From: Sminthopsis crassicaudata
Lineage: Eukaryota
Assembly (NCBI RefSeq): GCF_048593235.1
Contig: NC_133622.1
Span: forward strand, 246,950,055 to 247,014,054
Direction of reading: 5' to 3'
Length of the DNA: 64,000 bases
The first letter of the stretch is position 1; each line of letters begins with the position of its first letter. Below, piece by piece: positions 59,046 through 64,000 of the stretch. Position numbers and translations under genes: made by a program. The notes under the pieces were generated by a model. The model had not been told where the DNA came from. It did no database searches and saw only the letters and a program-made list of their open reading frames with translations.

Positions 59046-59444
59046 ACAGGATGAACTGAGAGAGCTTAAGTGACTGTCCACGGCCATATACAGTTGGGAA
59101 GGTTAGGGTCCTACCAACTCCCCACTCACAATCCTAAATGTGCTCTAGGGAGAATCTGAGACAGAACTGGAAGCCAGGAGTCATGGGTTCTTTCTTGATG
59201 GTGAGAGAAAGTGAAAAAGCCCACTGGGTAAATTCCTTGTGGTAAGCTTTTGGAAGAACATGAACAAAGGATTCACAGAACCAGCAGGCTTGGATGGGCT
59301 GAGATTTGCATCACTGGGCACAGACACGGTTGAATAAGTAAATGTATGCTAAGCACTGAACAGGGCACCAGAAATGCAAAGAAAAAAGTTAAACAGTTTT
59401 CCTCATGGAGTTTGACATTCTATTAGAGAAATGTAAAAGTAAGG

Positions 59445-61640
59445 GGAAGGATTTGGGAAAGATGGCAGAGTAGATTAGTAACTTTCAAAACCTCCCAAAT
59501 TCCCCCACAAATATAACAAATTTGTACCTTAGGGTGAACACAGACAAAGATTTGGGACAGAACAGGATCCTCCTGATTCAACCTGACAAGATCTGAAGAA
59601 AAGCCCTGGGCTGGGTACTAACCTGCAGAGGCAGGGGAGGGCAGGGATGCACCTGATGGAGCTCTTGGTGTGGGCTTCCTGGTCAGAGGGGAGAACTGAA
59701 GTGAAGCTAGAGACATCATCCCTCCCATTGCAGGATTAGGGATGCTTACAGTAATACATCTTATTTAAAAAAAAAAAAAAAAAAAAGGAGTTGGCAAAGA
59801 AGAAAGACCACCACCAATGAAACATTATGAGAACAGGGAAGACCAGGTTCATCTTCAGAAGAGGACACTTTAGTAAAAAAAAATTTTCTACCCCAAAGAA
59901 TAACATGAAATGATTCCCTGCCCAGAGAGAATCTATAGAAGAAGTCAAAAAAGAATTCAAAAATCAAATGAGAGACATTGAGGAAAAAGTAAAAATGATA
60001 ATAATAATAACCATCCAAGGGAAAAAAAAAAGTTAACCAACTAGAAAAGGAGATAGAGTCTCAAAGACAAAAATAACTCTTTGAAAATTAGAATTGGGCA
60101 AGAGTAAGCCAGTGAAGCCATGAGAGACCAAGAAATAACAAAACTGATTATAATTTAAAAAAATAAAATTATCCATGCATATATCTTGTAAAGAAAAAGC
60201 TATAACAACAAAAAAAAATTTCATAGATTTCCATGCAATGTTTTTTTTGTTGGAGCTAAATAAAAATCAAAATGGCAAAAAATAAAAATAAAAATAAAGA
60301 AAAGATCCAATATGCATGAATTAATTCAATTTACAAATAACACATGTTATATCCTATGTGAACACCATGTGAAAAATCTAGTCCCATTTACAGTAACTAT
60401 TTAAATGCAGCAGTGTACTGTGTGGGATTTATTGGACTATTAATTAAAATGATCTTTTTTACATTAAAAAAAAAAAGAATGAAAAATTAGAACAGAATGT
60501 GAAAATTTTTGTAAGAAAAAAAAAAACAGATCAAGAAGAGAAAATCAAAAGAATAATTGGACAGCTCAAAAGCTGTGACCAAAAAGCTTTGGTACAATAG
60601 TGCAAGAAATAGAAAGTAATCCAAGAAAATTCCAGGAATCCTATCTATTGATAATCAAAAGAACTAGGACTGTGTTCAAAAATATCATATCCAGAAAAAT
60701 TATCTATAATATTGAATAAGAAAAATAAGAATAAGAAAAAATGGACATTCAATGAACTTGCAGATTTTCAGGATTTTCTATCAAGCAAACCTGAACTTAA
60801 TAGAAAATTTAACATATTAGAGCCAATAACAAAGATCAATTTCAAGGAACTCAACATGGACAAAGTGTTTATGTTTTTTATGGAAATGTATAGCATGTTT
60901 TAAGATTGACATTAGCAGTTGGGTAGCCCAAAAGAAAGATTGGGACAGTGTTAAAGTAAAAATAGTAATTATGTCATACAAATGAGGTGCAGAGGAAGAA
61001 TAGACAGAGAGGCATTAGAGGGGAAGGAGGGCTTGTAGTTCTGAACACCTATTCACTTAAATAGGCAACAGTACATATATACTATGAAGAGTATAGCATC
61101 CTCCAAAATCTATAAAGAAATAAGTGGAGAAGAATAAGTGGATGGGGAAGCAAAGGGTACAAGAAGAAGACAAGGAAGGGATCCATGAGTGGGGGAGATT
61201 AAATTTAGCAAGGCAAATTAAAGAGCAGAATTAAAACAAAGAGTCAATAGGGATTGGAAAGATGTAGGTCAGGTGGGGGTGGAGGGTGTGTGTGCATGTA
61301 TGTATAAGTATATGTTTACATAAATATATCCTTTCTTAACTATAGCCTGCTTGAAGGGGAAGATGAGAGGGGAAAAATAATAAAGTAAAAAAGGTGCACA
61401 GCAGAAAACAAAAGAACACTTTACAAGGAAGTAAAGAAAAGATGAACACTAATGAATGTATATATATAAAATGAACAATTAATATACTTTCTTGAACTGG
61501 TATTTATTGTAATATATTTTGAATCCTCACTGATGTTCTGTTGGGCACAAGACAATGTTCTCTTTTGCTTGGCTTTATTTTGCTTTGTATTACTTTTCTG
61601 TTTTTCTTTTTTCTTACTTTTTAAAAAATAGATAAATTTT
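59445..61640 (+). mobile_element. HAL1-like element (5' UTR, ORF1, 3' UTR; no ORF2)
   Basis: L1-type head, ORF1-like A-rich region at ~59900-60870, then directly a 3' UTR. No reverse-transcriptase remnant is visible. Confidence 0.6.
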
Positions 61641-61859
61641 TAAAAAGAAAGTGTTATAACAATAGCTAGTAGTTACATAACACATTATAGGACAGTGCCT
61701 GATATATAATAGACAGTTAATACATGATTGATAAATGAGTGTTAATACCATTTTATAGATGAAGAAACATGAAGTTCACATGAAACCAGTTAGAAAATAT
61801 AAACTACAGAATTGTTATTCAGGATACTCAGTCCAGCAATCTCTCCACTGTACCATCAA

Positions 61860-63900
61860 TTAATCAATCAATAAATATTTATTGAGAGTTTACTACATGC
61901 CATTAGAATGCATTCTCTTTAAGGAGAGGAATTGCTTTTACTCTCACATATGCTAAATAAATGTTATATGGTCCATAGAACAAATATAGAACATATATGC
62001 TTAATAAATGTTATATGGTCTACTGTCTGCTATACACCAATCACTAGGGTCACAAAGGAAAAAAACAAACACAATTCCTGATTTCAAGGAATTTGCATTG
62101 TAATGCTGGAAGAGGTAAGAGAGAAATACACGCATATATTATTACATACAAGATAAATAAAGTAGATGGAAAATAGCTTAGAAAAGAAGGCTTATGTGTG
62201 GTGGGAAGGGGAAAGAGAAGAACAAAATAGGGGAAGAAATACTGAAGAAGGTGAGATTCAAGCTGAGTCATGAAAGAAACAAGGAGGACTAAGAAAGTGG
62301 TGAGAAGAGGAAGCATTCCAAGAATGTAGTCTAGCCAGTTCAAAGGCATGGAGACAGGAGATGGAATATGGTATGGAAGGAATCTTAGGTAGACCACTAT
62401 GATAAGACTACAGAGAATAATCAAAAGATGGATGAGGCAATGTGAGAAATGGGAACATAACAAAAGTGTTTTCAATTCCAAATGAAGAAGTTTCTACCTG
62501 ATCTTAGAAGTACTAGGGAACCATTGTTGTTTATTCAAGAAAGAGGAGACAGTAGGAATTCTACTTTAAAAAATTCACTTGATGAGGAAGGTGTGAGAGA
62601 TGTAGAGTCAAATTAAAATGGTCTTGCAATGGTTTATCTAGACAGTAGTGTGGCAATAAAGCTTTGGATTAGAGTAATGGTTATTGAGCTGAGAAAAGGG
62701 GGCATAGATGAGAAACGGTGTGGAAAAAATCATAAGATTCGGCAAATGATTGAATATGTGGTGTGGAAAAACAGAGAAATCAAGGTTGATACAGGCTGTG
62801 AACCTAGATAAATGGAATGACATACTGCCCTATGTCTGTACTGGGGAAATTCAGAAAAGGAAGATGTTTGAAAGGAAAGGGAAAGATGAGATTGAGATAG
62901 TAGATGAGATCTACTATGAAGTAGATAATTCAAAATATTCAATAAGCACTTAATGATGAAAGACTGGAGCGCAGGAGAGAAATTAAATTTGGAAAAATTA
63001 TATGGGAGTAATCTGCACTTATATGAGTCATCCTAGCACTTAGTAAGTCATCCTGGCACTTAATAAATGTTTATTGAATGAATGAATCTGCAAAAAGATG
63101 ATAATGAACCCATGGGAACATAGAGAAGAAAGTGTAGCCTTGAAGAACTTTACCATGGACAAAGATCCAGCAAAGACTGAAAGAGAGCAGAGTCACAAAA
63201 ATACAGAAAGGAGAAAGTCTCCAGAAGTTGGTCTGAAGAATCAAATACTACAAGTGGTTATGGAAGATAATGGTTTAAAAAAATGCTATTATATATGGCA
63301 AATAAGAGATCGTCAATAATTTTGAAGAAATCAGTTTTCACTGAAAGCCAGACTGCAGAGAATTTAGAGGAAAATGAGAACAAAGTGGAGATACTGGCTG
63401 TAAATGAAAAGGTGAGCAGAGGTATAGGACAATCGATAATGGGCATGGTAGGACTTACTGAGAGTTTACTATTTTTTATTATTAAGGATATGCATAGTGG
63501 TTAATATCAAGGAAGGAACCAGTATTTAAAAAGAGATTAAAACATGGAGAATGGATGAGAATGGTAGCAAAGTGGCATAAAAAAATACCAGGATGAAGTA
63601 GAATCAAAGGAATATTTGGAGGATTTGACTTTGACAAGAAAAGCAATCTTATCACTGGAGTGGACTGAAGAAGCATTTAGTGCATTATTGAGGGGATGTA
63701 AGATGGAACAAAGGAGAGGTGAGGGAACTCCTAGTGAATAGATTTCTTTTTGTGTATGAACTATGAAGCAAAGTCCTCAAAAAGAGAGTTGGGATGGTTG
63801 TTATAGAAGGCTTGAGAAGAGAACAGAAAGTTTGGAACAACTGAGATCTTGACTGAGAGTAAGAATTATTTAGAATAGAATGATAAAATTGTATTACTGT
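61860..63900 (-). mobile_element. L2 fragments
   Basis: Reverse L2 ends (caatcaataaatatttattgag) and purine-rich reverse ORF2 sequence; a forward-type tail at 63055-63085. Confidence 0.55.
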
Positions 63901-64000
63901 AGTGAAAGCCCCATTGACATTAACTACATAAATCTTATCCTGGTAACATGATTTTATAATATTCTCAAGTCATTTATCCATTTGTGAGAGATAAATGGTG

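Noticed and set aside
45100-64000. Exons of the next cluster gene (e.g. MS4A5)
   Set aside because: I found no LKGEP, QIL.G or YPFW motifs with splice sites on either strand; the region is almost all TE-derived.

Overview
This is marsupial genomic DNA, probably dasyurid: it carries young WSINE1, marsupial L1/HAL1, MAR1/MIR, L2 and CR1/L3 elements. One protein-coding gene is recoverable, an MS4A (CD20-like, four-transmembrane) gene on the + strand that best matches MS4A14. Five small phase-0 exons (3878-4036, 11770-11907, 12911-12964, 15441-15593, 20820-20924) encode 203 aa. They splice to a giant exon from 22580 that reads open for about 10 kb, giving about 3,536 aa in total versus roughly 700 aa for human MS4A14 as I recall it. 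After a ~110-bp lesion with three stops, the same frame reopens for another 7.2 kb (32612-39835). The repeat family then continues as stop-riddled remnants to about 44.7 kb. The tail is built from nested tandem arrays (144-, 135-, 327/405- and 114-nt units, with higher-order structure). These carry about 25 RVxF-like K-x-[VI]-x-F motifs (candidate PP1 docking) in the first ORF and about 30 KSTQV/KWTQT motifs (candidate LC8/DYNLL sites) in the second. TM4 lies on a frame-neutral exon with a GC donor, so skipping it could flip the tail's topology. The rest is ordinary, heavily nested transposon sequence. TE boundaries are approximate and family names are from pattern recognition, not a database search.
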